Below are positions 26,304-37,838 of a DNA stretch of 64,000 bases, piece by piece. The position numbers and the translations under genes are program-made. Numbering within the stretch: the first letter of the stretch is position 1; every line of letters begins with the position of its first letter. The notes beneath the pieces were generated by a model that was not told the origin of the DNA, made no database searches, and saw only the letters and a program-made list of their open reading frames with translations. Origin of the DNA: Pristiophorus japonicus. Taxonomy: Eukaryota. The DNA is taken from positions 77,686,001-77,750,000 of the forward strand of contig NC_091997.1 of the NCBI RefSeq assembly GCF_044704955.1, read 5' to 3'.

Positions 26304-26608
26304 TACTTTGTAACTTTGGCCACACCCCATGGCGGTTTCCACACCACACCACTCACAATTTACGTGCTACGCTTCAATATTTTACTTCCGTGGTGTTAAC
26401 GGGTGGTGTCGCAGCCTCTATTATACCGCACCAGGCCTGATTGATGTCTCTTGTTTCTGAACACGTGCAAGATCAGCCAATTACAGCATCCGCCAGTCAG
26501 AAAAAAATAGCGGCAGAAATTGAGCCTTTGTTTGAACCCGTCCTGCAGAGCAGCTTGGCCCCACGGGTGAATTTTTTAATGGCTCCATTATTTAACAGCT
26601 TCCCCTTA

Positions 26609-27640
26609 TGTGTCAGCCGTGGCTCAGTGGGCAGCACCCTCCCCTCTGAGTCAGAAGGTTGTGCGTTTAAGTCCCACTCCAGGGACTTGAGCGCAAAAAT
26701 CTAGGCTGACACTCCAGTGCAGTGCTGAGGGAGTGTTGCACTGTTGGAGGTGCCGTCTGTCGGATGAGATATTAAACCGAGGTCCTCTCGCTTTCTCTCT
26801 CTCTCATATGGATGTAAAAGATCCCATGGCATTATTTTGAAGCGAAGGGGAGTTCTTCCCATTGTCCTGGACAATATTTATCCCTCAACAAACATTGCTA
26901 AAACAGATTATCTGGTCATTATCAAATAGCGGTTTGTGGGAGCTTGCTGTGCGCAAATTGGCTGCCACATTTCCCATATTACCACAGTGACCACACTCCA
27001 AAAGTACTTAATTGGAAAGATCCCATGGCACTATTTTGAAGAGTTATCCCCGGTGTCCTGGGGTTCGTCAAGGTGGATGCAGAGAGGATATTTCCACTCA
27101 GGGGAAACTAAAACTAGGGGACATAGTCTCAGAATAAGGGGACCGCCCATTTAAAACTGAGATGAGGAGGAATTTCTTCTCTCAGAGGGTTGTAAATCTA
27201 TGGAATTCTCTGCCCCAGAGAACTGTGGCGACTGTGTCACTGAATATATTTAAGGCGGAGATAGACAGATTTTTGAGCGATAAGGGAGTCAAGGATTATG
27301 GAAGCGGGCAGGGAAGTGGAACTGAGGCCAAGATCAGATCAGCCATGACCTTATTGAATGGCGGAGCATGCTCGAGGGGCCAAGTGGCCGACTCCTGATC
27401 CTATTTCTTATGTTCTTATGTTCAATATTTATCCCTCAAACAACATAACAAAAACAGATGATCTGGTCATTATCACATTGCTGTTTGTGGGAGCTTGCTG
27501 TGCGCAAAATTGGCTGCCGCGTTTCCCACATTACAACAGCGACTACACTCCAAAAGTACATCATTGGCTGTAAAGTGCTTTGAGATGATCGGTGGCCGTG
27601 AAAGGCGCTATATAAATGCAAGTCTGTCTTTCTTTCTTTC
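26609..27640 (+). mobile_element. DeuSINE plus second DeuSINE 3' half, containing a CR1 tail (27062-27421)
   Basis: Repeated Deu domain/tail blocks around a CR1 3' end. Confidence 0.8.
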
Positions 27641-28071
27641 TGGCCCCAGCAACGACTAGTCAGAAGAAATTGTGGCAGAAAATGATCCTTTGCTCGAACC
27701 CAACCTGCTGAGCAGTCTCCCCCTCAGGTGAAACTTTTAAGCTTGCCATCTTCCCCCTTAATCACATAAAAGCATTCAATCTCCGTGACTACTGAGTATA
27801 CTGTTAAGCACACACACTGGCTTCACATTAGAGCAATACGGGAAGGAGATATTTGGATGAATGGGTTCGCCGATAGGCTTTAAAACCATCAAGTTGTGTG
27901 TGCTTCCACGCCCCCACACACTGGGTCAGACCAGAGCCATCGCTAACTGTGCACAAGAGCAACTCATAAAATGACATGGGGTTAATCTGTTGGCCTCAAC
28001 TGATTAATGTCAGCTCCGGTGACACGCGAAGGAGGCTGAGGAAATTAGCAGGCCCGCTCCTCTTCATACAA

Positions 28072-28442
28072 ATGAAACATACAAAATTCTTACAGGGCTT
28101 GACACGTTGATGCAGGGAGGATGTTTCCCACGGGCTGGGGAGTCTTAGAACCAGGGGTCACACAGTCTCAGAATAAGGGGTTGGCCATTTCGGACTGAGA
28201 TAAGGAGAAACTTCTTCACTCAGAGGGTGGTGAATCTTTGGAATTCTCTACCCCAGAGGGCAGTCTTTGAGTATATTCAAGACAGAGGTCGATAGATTTT
28301 TGGATATTAAGGGAATCAAGGGATTTGGGGATAGTGCAGGCAAGTGGAGTTGAGGTAGAAGATCAGCCATGATCTTAGTGAATGGCGGAGCAGGCTCGAG
28401 GGGCCGAATGGCCGACTCCTGCTCCTAATTCTTATGTTCTTA
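28072..28442 (+). mobile_element. CR1 3' fragment
   Basis: CR1 tail motifs. Confidence 0.85.
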
Positions 28443-28592
28443 TCTCATTATTGAGCAGGAAGAGGTACGATGAAGTGAAGTCTTGGTGTGAAACTGGGTT
28501 GGAGGGCAGGATATAACTGGACCAGGTTGCGCAGATATAGTTCAGTCCTCATTCTAAAGTCAATAATTTTTCCTTTAGTTTTCAACAATACT

Positions 28593-29393
28593 TTAAGAAC
28601 ATAAGAAATAGGAGCAGGAGTAGGCCATACGGCCCCTCGAGCCTGCTCCGCCATTTAATACGATCATGGCTGATCCGATCATGGCTGATCTGATCATGGA
28701 CTCAGCTCCACTTCCCTGCCCGCTCCCCATAACCCCTTATTCCCTTATCGTTTAAGAAAATGTCTATCTCTGTCTTAAATTTAGTCAATGTCCCAGTTTC
28801 CACAGCTCTCTGAGGCAGTGATTTTACAACCCTCAGAGAAGAAATGTCTCCTCATCTCAGTTTTAAATGGGCGGCCCCTTATTCTAAGATCATGCTCTCT
28901 AGTTGTAGTCTCCGCAATCAGTGAAAACATCCACTCTGCATCCCACGTTGTCAAGCCCCCTCATAATCTTATACATTTCGATAAGATCACCTCTCATGCT
29001 TCTGAATTCCAATGAGTAGAGGCCCAACCTACTCAACCTTTTCTCAGAAGTCAATCCCCTCATCCCCGGAATAAACCTTGTGAACCTTCTCTGAACTGCC
29101 TCCAAAGCAAGTATATCCTTTCGTAAATATGGAAACCAAAACTGCACGCAGTATTCCAGGTGTGGCCTCACCAATACTGTAGCAAGACTTCCCTGCTTTT
29201 ATACTCCATCCCCTTTGCAATAAAGGCCATGATTCCATTGGCCTTCCTGATCACTTGCTGTAACTGCATACGAACCTTTTGTGTTTCATGCACAAGGACC
29301 CCCAGGTCCCGCTGCACTGCAGCACTTTGCAATCTTTCTCCATTTAAATAATAACTTGCTCTTTTGATTTTTTTTCTGCCAAAGTGCATGACC
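28593..29393 (-). mobile_element. CR1 3' part, same strand as CD276, starting ~87 bp after the TM donor
   Basis: KVMHFG...QRDLGVLVH...RPHLEYCVQFW. Confidence 0.9.
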
Positions 29394-29478
29394 TTTGATT
29401 TGATATTGATCTTTATCTTTGTAGCCGACCCGGGACCACGCTGCACAGCTCTCACGGGCACCGACGCGCGGAACCCAC

Positions 29479-29613
29479 CTGTCTGGTTCTCTTTGCAGCT
29501 CTGCTGGATCTTCCGTCTGCACACGAACCCCAGGGCGGCCAGCAGTCCCAGCAGACAGACGGAGAGGCCGACCGTCAGCCATAAGGCGACAGCGGGGAAC
29601 TTCGGATGCTGCC
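29479..29613 (-). CDS. CD276: CD276 (B7-H3) transmembrane exon, internal, phase 1-1
   Basis: Minus strand: polypyrimidine acceptor TTTTTTTTCTCTCCCTCCAG|GG, 135 bp, donor AG|GTGGGT. Translates (G)QHPKFPAVALWLTVGLSVCLLGLLAALGFVCRRKIQQSCKENQT(G), matching from memory human B7-H3 GQPMTFPPEALWVTVGLSVCLIALLVALAFVCWRKIKQSCEEEN. Phase-1 ends fit an Ig-superfamily exon. Confidence 0.92.
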
Positions 29614-29932
29614 CTGGAGGGAGAGAAAAAAAAAAGAGACAGAAATAAAATCAGCAAGAGCGCGGCAAAGCTGAGGTGAGACAGGAGAGCTCAAGGACAG
29701 CTCCCTCGCTGAGGTGGGGCATCTGACAACACACGTTTGAGTCCTTGTGAAAGCACGCCTGCAATTTAAAAAGGTTAGGCTGATCGAGGGCGAGATGTAC
29801 AGGGGTGGGAGGAGGCTCGAGTGGAGCATAAACACCGGCACGGACCAGTTGAACTGAACGGCCTGTTTCTGAATTGTAATTCGATATGTAAGCTGAACCA
29901 TTTCCCCATTGAAATCATTCATATTCCAGCGT

Positions 29933-30320
29933 AAGAACGTAAGCAATAGGAGCAGGAGTCGGCCATTTGATCCCTCGAGCCTGCTCTGCCATTCAATAAG
30001 ATCATGGCTGATCTGATCATGGGCTCAGCTCCACTTCCCTGCCCATTCCCCATAACCCTCGAGTCCCTTATCATTCAAAAATCTATCTCCACCTTAAATA
30101 TATTCAATGCCCGACCCGCCTCAGCTCCCTGGGGCAGAGAATTACAAAGATTCTTGACCCTCAGAGAAGAAATTTCTCCTCATTTCTGTCTTAAATGGGC
30201 GACCCCTTATTCTGAAACTATGCCCCCTAGTTCTAGATTCCCCCACGGGGGGGAAACATCCTCTCTGCATCGACCCTATCAAGCCCCCTCAGAATCTTAT
30301 ATACTTAAATAAGATCACCA
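29933..30320 (-). mobile_element. CR1 3' fragment
   Basis: CR1 tail motifs. Confidence 0.85.
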
Positions 30321-30668
30321 AGCGACTCTTTCAAATGTTCACAACCGTGCTTTACATTGGGCTCGGAGGCACTGGGTGTTAAGACTTGGATCTCGCTTCA
30401 GCATCCGCACAGTAGCGCGTAAATAAGAACAGATTGCGTGTGGGCGTCTGCTGTTCTGCATTAATGAAGTCAGGGTTCTCCCTAAGCAGATCGGGCACAG
30501 TGCCACTATGTACAACCGCCCGAGCATTCCATTTAAAATCTGAATGTCAAAGCCTTTCTAAATGATTGTTCCCTCTCTTGGGCATCTTCTAAAGATGAAG
30601 GATGTTGGGGTTGGCGTTGGTAATGTATGCACCTGTGAGTATGCTCACAGGTTTGTAGAGCTATTGAG

Positions 30669-31027
30669 CTCCTGATCTTTGAGCACCCTGTGCGGAGGGG
30701 AGCGGGCAGGTCGGAAGGCCTCCTCGTAGGACTGCTTCTGGGCCTGGCCAAGGGGGCCATCAGCCGGTCCAGGCAGCGGGCGGTCGAGGGGGTCGTTCAG
30801 CCCGACTGCCTGCCTCTCTTCCGTAGTGGCATCCGAGTCAGGGTGTCCCTGGAGATGGAGCACGCGGTGTCCACCAGCACACTCGCGGCCTACCGTGAGA
30901 GGTAGGCACTGGGAGGACTGGAGTGCATCATCACCCCTGGCAACCAAATTCTAATTTGATTGGTTTAATGTTCCAAAGTTTAATTTGTTGGTTCCAGTGT
31001 TCCTTGATGTATGTTTTACAAAAATAG
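30669..31027 (+). mobile_element. Tx1 (L1-clade) 3' fragment
   Basis: LLIFEHPVRRG...LLLGLAKGAISRSRQ...LECIITP C-terminus; 16-bp TSD TTGTAGAGCTRTTGAG at 30653-68 and 31028-43. Confidence 0.8.
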
Positions 31028-31175
31028 TTGTAGAGCTGTTGAGTTGGGAGTGGCTTAACCAGTCACGTGATGTTCACAAGACTCAATAAAACCCCAGCCA
31101 TTTGGGTTCAGGGGATCCGCGATGAGGCAGGTGGTTGTGAGCCTGGTGGATGACGTGGTAATGTGTAGTGTGATT

Positions 31176-31874
31176 AACATAGAAACATAGAAAATAGGTG
31201 CAGGAGCAGGCCATTCAGCCCTTCTAGCCTGCACCGCCATTCAATGAGTTCATGGCTGAACATGAAACTTCAGTACCCCCTTCCTGCTTTCTCGCCATAC
31301 CCCTTGATCCCCCGAGTAGTAAGGACTTCATCTAACTCCCTTTTGAATATATTTAGTGAATTGGCCTCAACTACTTTCTGTGGTAGAGAATTCCACAGGT
31401 TCACCACTCTCTGGGTGAAGAAGTTTCTCCTCATCTCGGTCCTAAATGGCTTACCCCTTATCCTTAGACTGTGACCCCTGGTTCTGGACTTCCCCAACAT
31501 TGGGAACATTCTTCCTGCATCCAACCTGTCCAAACCCGTCAGAATTTTAAACGTTTCTATGAGGTCCCCTCTCACTCTTCTGAACTCCAGTGAATACAAG
31601 CCCAGTTGATCCAGTCTTTCTTGATAGGTCAGTCCCACCATCCCGGGAATCAGTCTGGTGAATCTTCGCTGCACTCCCTCAATAGCAAGAACGTCCTTCC
31701 TCAAGTTAGGAGACCAAAACTGTACACAATACTCCAGGTGTGGCCTCACCAAGGCCCTATACAACTGTAGCAACACCTCCCTGCCCCTGTACTCAAATCC
31801 CCTCGCTATGAAGGCCAACATGCCATTTGCTTTCTTAACCGCCTGCTGTACCTGCATGCCAACCTTCAATGACT
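31176..31874 (-). mobile_element. Young CR1 3' fragment with an open ORF2 end
   Basis: 199-aa uninterrupted ORF2 C-terminus. Confidence 0.92.
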
Positions 31875-32252
31875 GTTAAACCTTTGCTAATAAACCAACT
31901 AGTTCTTAATAGCAATGTGTTGCTATGAATTCTTCAGCAAAGAACCCATGAAGCAAATACATTACAGTGTTGGAGATTAGGATTTGTCCTTGCCTGTATC
32001 AAACCTGTGCTGAACATGCGGATAACAGATGCAAAAAAGACGTTGCAAAAAATAAAATCGCAATTTCGAACAGCAGCATGCTCCACCTTTAGAAGTTGCC
32101 CAAGAGAGGGAACAAATCTTCTGCAGCAGCAATGGGAATTTCTATTGGCTTTGGACTCTGTTGGCAATGTCTGCTGAAAGAATCACCATGCAGCTGCATT
32201 ATGCGGTACCAAAAAAAAAGCGTTCAACGCCATCTTGTCTTGACTTCCTCTT

Positions 32253-32716
32253 GAATTCATAGCAACACATTGCTATTAAGAACTAGTTGGTTTATTAGCA
32301 AAGGTTTAACAGTCATTGAAGGTTGGCATGCAGGTACAGCAGGCGGTTAAGAAAGCAAACGGCATGTTGGCCTTCATAGCGAGGGGATTTGAGTACAGGG
32401 GCAGGGAGGTGTTGCTACAGTTGTATAGGGCCTTGGTGAGGCCACACCTGGAGTATTGTGTACAGTTTTGGTCTCCTAACTTGAGGAAGGACGTTCTTAC
32501 TATTGAGGGAGTGCAGCAAAGATTCACCAGACTGATTCCCGGGATGGTGGGACTGACCTATCAAGAAAGACTGGATCAACTGGGCTTGTATTCACTGGAG
32601 TTCAGAAGAGTGAGAGGGGACCTCATAGAAACGTTTAAAATTCTGACGGGTTTGGACAGGTTGGATGCAGGAAGAATGTTCCCAATGTTGGGGAAGTCCA
32701 GAACCAGGGGACACAG
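32253..32716 (+). repeat. Inverted duplicate of 31469-31932 (LTR/CR1 junction)
   Basis: 464-bp reverse-complement match with only a few mismatches. Confidence 0.9.
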
Positions 32717-33572
32717 AGCTGGAATTTGATCACCATTTCCACCCGGTTTCGCGGTGATATTCCTATTTTTTTGATGAAAACCACCCGGTCCAAGTTTCGT
32801 CACGGTGTTCCGCCGACGGTTTCGAAATACCGCCGGGGAGCGGGCCGCCGGATTGCAACACTGAAAGACCCGCCTCTTCCCCCCCCTCCCACACTCACCG
32901 AGTTTGGTGGTAGCGGGTGTTCCGTAGTTATTGAAAAAAAACACCAGCCAGGTTTTGCCTCTCCCAGTAGATCACATGGCTCCGGTAGGGGTGGAGTGTA
33001 GAATGTTTTAACGTAAGGGGTTTACAGTTGTGTGGGCGGACTGGTTGGGCCGGGTGCTCTTTACCTGTCCGCCATTGTTCATAGGTTTATATGTAACCTT
33101 CAGGGCTGCTGACCGAGGGCCGTGCGGCTCTTTGTCGGCCGGCGCGGACACGATGGGCCAAAATGGCCTCCTTCTGTGCTGTAAATTTCTATGTTTCTAA
33201 ACCAGCTGGAGCAGCGATGGTAGGTATGAAACCTTTCAAAAAAAGTTACGTGATTTTTTTTTTTACATTCTTTTGCAACGATTCACTGGAAAAGAGTCCT
33301 GTGGATGTTTTCCAATTTTTGTTTTTGTTTTTTGGAAAAATATTTCCCCCCCCTCCCGAGGCCCAACTCGTAGCCTCGGACTCAATTTTGAGTAAGTACC
33401 ACTCAATTTGATCGCGTTTCCCACCACAAATCAACGTGGAAGACTGATTTTTCCCGCTGGGTGGAATTTTTTCCATTTTTTGATCAATTTTCCGCCGGCC
33501 TTCATTGAATAATCTTAGCGTTTTTTGGGGGCGGCAATCTGTCGGTGGTGGTTTTTGATCAAATTCTAGCCC
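32716..33572. mobile_element. GC-rich MITE containing a CR1 3'UTR insert (~32950-33198)
   Basis: GAGCTGGAATTTGATCA / TGATCAAATTCTAGCCC termini; ACCAGC repeated around the insert. Confidence 0.7.
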
Positions 33573-33574
33573 AT

Positions 33575-33937
33575 AGGGACATAGGAACAGAAAAAAGCCA
33601 TTCAGCCCCTCGGGCCTGTTCAATGTGAGCATGGCTGATCTATGATGTAATGCCTTTGCTCCATATCCCTTAACACTAACAATTTCAGATTGAGAATTAG
33701 CAATTGACCCAGCAACAACAGCTTATTTGCAGAAGAGAGTTCCAGACTTGTACCACCCTTTGTGTGTAGAAGTGTTTCTTAATTTCACTCCTAAAAGGTC
33801 TGGCTCTAATATTTAGACTATGCACCTAGTCCTGGAATCCCCAACCAGCAGAAATAGTTGCTCTCCATCTACCCCATCAGTTCTGCTTAATATCTTGAAA
33901 ACTTCAATCAAATCACCCCTTAACCTTCTAAATTCCA
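33575..33937 (-). mobile_element. Older CR1 3' fragment
   Basis: EFRRLRGDLIEVFKIL. Confidence 0.8.
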
Positions 33938-34699
33938 CCATTAAATCAGATCCAGCTATAGGTGACTGGGTCAGGGAGCTCAGGCTCAGGTGCTTGATGT
34001 CCTCCTGCGGAGAGAAAAATGGCAACTCTAATTGAGAGGTTATAATCAGGGATGCACAGGAGGCCAGAGTTAGAGGAGCGCAGATATCTCGGGGTGGTTG
34101 CGGGGCTGGAGGAGGTTACAGAGACAGGGAGGGGCGAGGCCATGGAGTGATTTGAAAATAAGAATGAGAATTTTGAAATCGAGGCGTTGCTTAACCGGGA
34201 GCCAATGTCGGTCAGCGAGCACAAGACACCTCGTCAATATTCATTTAAGGGCAGGAATGGCTCTTTGGGAGCAGGGGATTTCTCTTTGGCCTACAAATGT
34301 TGAACAGAAAAGTGTTCCTTTTCGTAATCGAGAGACCCCAATTCCCCGGCCAACCTGAGCCCTGGCTCAGGCTAAAATCGGCTTATTTAAAATTCAAATG
34401 CGTTTGTTTTCTCAAATCTGCTTTTGGATGGATTCCCACTTCCCGAAATGCCAGCTTCTGCTCCTTCTTCCTGTGAGAAATCAGCATTTGCCACCCTATC
34501 CCTGAAGGTAAGGCACTCGAAGTCGATCAGACCAGTGGGGGAGCCGCACTATGCCAGTCAGCTGGTGGGATTGGTGATGTACACAACCTCCCCAGGAAGT
34601 TTGATATCTAACATGGCAGCTCACCAAGCAGGGATTTAACAAATGTAAACCGTCTGAATGGGAACTGGTGTGCTTCCAGTGTCTTAATGCTCAATGGCA

Positions 34700-35480
34700 G
34701 CATCATCATCATCATCATAGTCAGTCCCTCGGAATCAAGGAAGACTTGCTTCCACTCTTAAAATGAGTTCTTAGGTGGCTGAACAGTCCAATACGAGAGC
34801 CACAGTCTCTGTCACAGATGGGACAGATAGTCATTGAGGGTGGGTGGGACAGGTTTGCCGCACGCTCTTTCCGCTGCCTGCGCTTGATTTCTGCATGCTC
34901 TTGGCGATGAGACTCAAGGTGCTCAGTGTCCTCCCGGATGCACTTCCTCCACTTAGGGCGGTCTTTGGCCAGGGTCTCCCAGGTGTCAGTGGGTATGTTG
35001 CACTTTATCAGGGAGGCTTTGAGGGTGACCTTGTAACGCTTCCTCTGCCCATCTTTGGCTCATTTGCCATGAAGGAGTTCCAAGTAGCACGCTTGCTTCG
35101 GGAGTCCCGTGTCTGGCATGCGAACTAAGTGACCTGCCCAGCAGAGCTGATCGAGTGTGGTCAGTGCTTTAATGCTGGGGATGTTGGCCTGGTCGAGGAT
35201 GCTAATGTTGGTGTGTCTGTCCTCCCAGCGGATTTGTAGGCTCTTGCGGAGGCTTCGTTGGTGATATTTCTCCAGCGACTTGAGGTGTCTACTGTACATG
35301 GTCCATGTCTCTGAGCCATACAGGAGGGCAGGTATTACTACAGCCCTGTAGGCCATGAGTTTGGTGGCAGTTTTGAGGGCCTGGTCTTCAAACACTCTTT
35401 TCCTCAGGTGGCTGAAGGCTGCACTGGCGCACTGGAGGCGGTGTTGAATCTCATTGTCAATGTCTGCTCTTGTTAATAGA
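34700..35480 (-). mobile_element. RTE LINE 3' part
   Basis: EIQHRLQCASAAF, LLYGSETW; (ATG)n tail. Confidence 0.92.
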
Positions 35481-35529
35481 GTTCCCAAAGCAATGCCCAT
35501 TAAACCTCAAACTGGTAAGCCTCAATCAC

Positions 35530-35745
35530 ACCACCCTGACTTTGGAAATATATTGCCGTTCCTTCATTGTCGCTGGTCAAAATCCTGGAACTCCCTCCCT
35601 AACAGCACTGTGGGAGCACCTTCACCACACGGACTGCAGCGGTTCAAGAAGGCGGCTCACCACCACCTTCTCAAGGGGTAATTAGGGATGGGCAATAAAT
35701 GCCGGCCTTGCCAGCGACGCCCACATCGCAGGAACAAATATAAAA
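35530..35745 (+). mobile_element. Zenon-like LINE tail
   Basis: Same tail as 8790 and 22878. Confidence 0.75.
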
Positions 35746-35994
35746 GAAACTTGCTCTATGGCACACACAATCAAATGCTCCAGGATCTCCTCTCACACTG
35801 CAAGGGCATCATACCAAAGGCCCATTCTCTTTGTCAAGAGCTACTTTCACCTTCCCATTGTGAATGGCTGACTGCACGACAGATAGTCACCTAGAAATCA
35901 AATAGGGAATTCAGAAGAAACTTCTTTTCCCAAAGAGTGGTGAGAATGTGGACCGCTGGGAGTGGTTGAAGTGAATAGTGTAGATGCATTTAAA

Positions 35995-36430
35995 CAGGTT
36001 GGGCCTATACACATTGGAGTTTAGAAGAATGAGAGGTGATCTTATTGAAACGTATAAAATTCTGAGGGGGCTCGACAGGGTAGATGCAGAGAGGATGTTT
36101 CCCCTTGTGGGGGAATCTAGAGCTAGGGGGCATAGTTTCAGAGTGAGGGGTCGCCAATTTAAAACGGAGAGGAGGAGGAATTTCTTCTCTCAGAGGGTCA
36201 AGAATTTGTGGAATTCTCTGCCCCAGAGAGCTGTGGAGGCTGGGTCATTGAATATATTTAAGGCAGAGATAGACAGATTTTTGAGCGATAAGGGAGTCAA
36301 GGGTAATGGGGAGCGGACAGGGAAGTGGAGATGAGGCCAGGATCAGATCAGCCATGATCTTATTGAATGACGGAGCAGGCTCGAGGGGCCGAATGGCCTA
36401 CTCCTGCTCCTAATTCTTAGTTTCGTATGT
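35995..36430 (+). mobile_element. CR1 3' fragment abutting a Penelope-like fragment (36430-36524)
   Basis: RLGLYTLEFRRMRGDLIETYKIL; junction shared with 13250. Confidence 0.9.
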
Positions 36431-36939
36431 TCAATCATTTTGGAAAGCAGAGACGGGATGATCTATTGAGTACTCGGATCATGTTGGAGATGGCGGAAGA
36501 TGATACATCAAATGCAGAGGCTGGCCGACTCCTGCTCCTATTTCTTATGTTCCTCAGGGGCAGCTAGACAAGCATATGGGGGAGAAGGGAATAGAGGGTT
36601 TTGTGGATAGATTTAGATGAAGAAAGATGGGAGGAGGCTCGAGTGGAGCATAAACGCTAGCATGGACTGGTTGGTCCGAATGACCTGTTTCTGTGCCATA
36701 TATCTTATGTAAGATACATGGAGATCAGAAGCATTAAAATAATGAAACCTATGGAGGCCCAAGGCCCCCTTGACTGGACACAGAGGAGCACTCCAGCTCT
36801 TCCTGGTCCACAGGGATTGCTCAGGAAAGATGCACAAATTTGAAAGCCAGGATTCATCTCACGGACCAGGACTGTAAGGGAAGCTCAGACATCCCATGGC
36901 ATTGCTCTTGGGCAAAGGAGCAGAGGCTCAGGTGAGTAA

Positions 36940-37575
36940 GGAAGGAAAGAAAGACTTGCATTTATATAGCGCCTTTCATGACCATCGGACGGCTCAAAGT
37001 ACTTTACAGCCAATTTGCACACATCAAGCTCCCACAAACAGCAATGTGATAATGACCCAGATATTCTGTTTTTGTTATGTTGATTGAGGGATAAATATTA
37101 GCCAGGACACCTGGGAGAACTCCCCTGCTCTTCTTCGAAATAGTGCCATGGGATGTTTTATGTCCACCTGAGGGGGCAGACGTCTCATCTCCATGCTTCT
37201 GATCTCCATGTATCTTACATCGGATATATGGCACAGAAACAGGTCATTCGGACCAACCAGTCCATGCTAGCGTTTATGCTCCACTCGAGCCTCCTCCCAT
37301 CTTTCCTCATCTAAATCTATCCACAAAACCCTCTATTCCCTTCTCCCCCATATGCTTGTCTAGCTGCCCCTGAGGAACATAAGAAATAGGAGCAGGAGTC
37401 GGCCAGCCTCTGCATTTGACGTTTAACGTCTCAGCCGCAAGACGGCACCTCCGATAGTGCAGCACTCCCTCAGCACTACACTGAGTGGGGCCGGGCACAA
37501 TTATGTGCTCACTTCTCTGGAGTGGGACTTGAACCCACAACCTTCTGACTCCGAGGCTAGAGGGCTGAACCATGG
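36940..37575 (-). mobile_element. DeuSINE interrupted by a 227-bp templated insert
   Basis: SINE halves flank 37193-37419. Confidence 0.8.
37193..37419 (-). repeat. Inverted duplicate of 36508-36734
   Basis: 227-bp near-identical reverse complement. Confidence 0.9.
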
Positions 37576-37597
37576 CGGACCCAAAATGCGACCTCGT

Positions 37598-37838
37598 CAT
37601 AGAAACATAGAAAATAGGTGCAGGAGTTAGCCATTCGGCCCTTCGAGCCTGCACCACCATTCAATATGATTATGGCTGATCATGCAACTTCAGTACCCCA
37701 TTCGTGTTTTCTCTCCATACCCCTTGATCCCTTTAGCCGTAAGGGCCACATCTAACTCCCTTTTGAATATATCAACGAACTGGCCTCAACAACTTTGTGG
37801 TAGAAAATTCCACAGGTTCACAATTCTCTGAGTGAAGA
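37598..37838 (-). mobile_element. CR1 tail
   Basis: CATAGAAACATAGAAAATAGG tail. Confidence 0.85.

Larger units (their letters stand above)
30619..31966 (+). mobile_element. Solo LTR (same family as 38506-38770), split by Tx1 and CR1 insertions
   Basis: Pieces align to the reverse complement of 38506-38770; ends ATTACA; TSD GCGTT/GTGTT. Confidence 0.8.
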
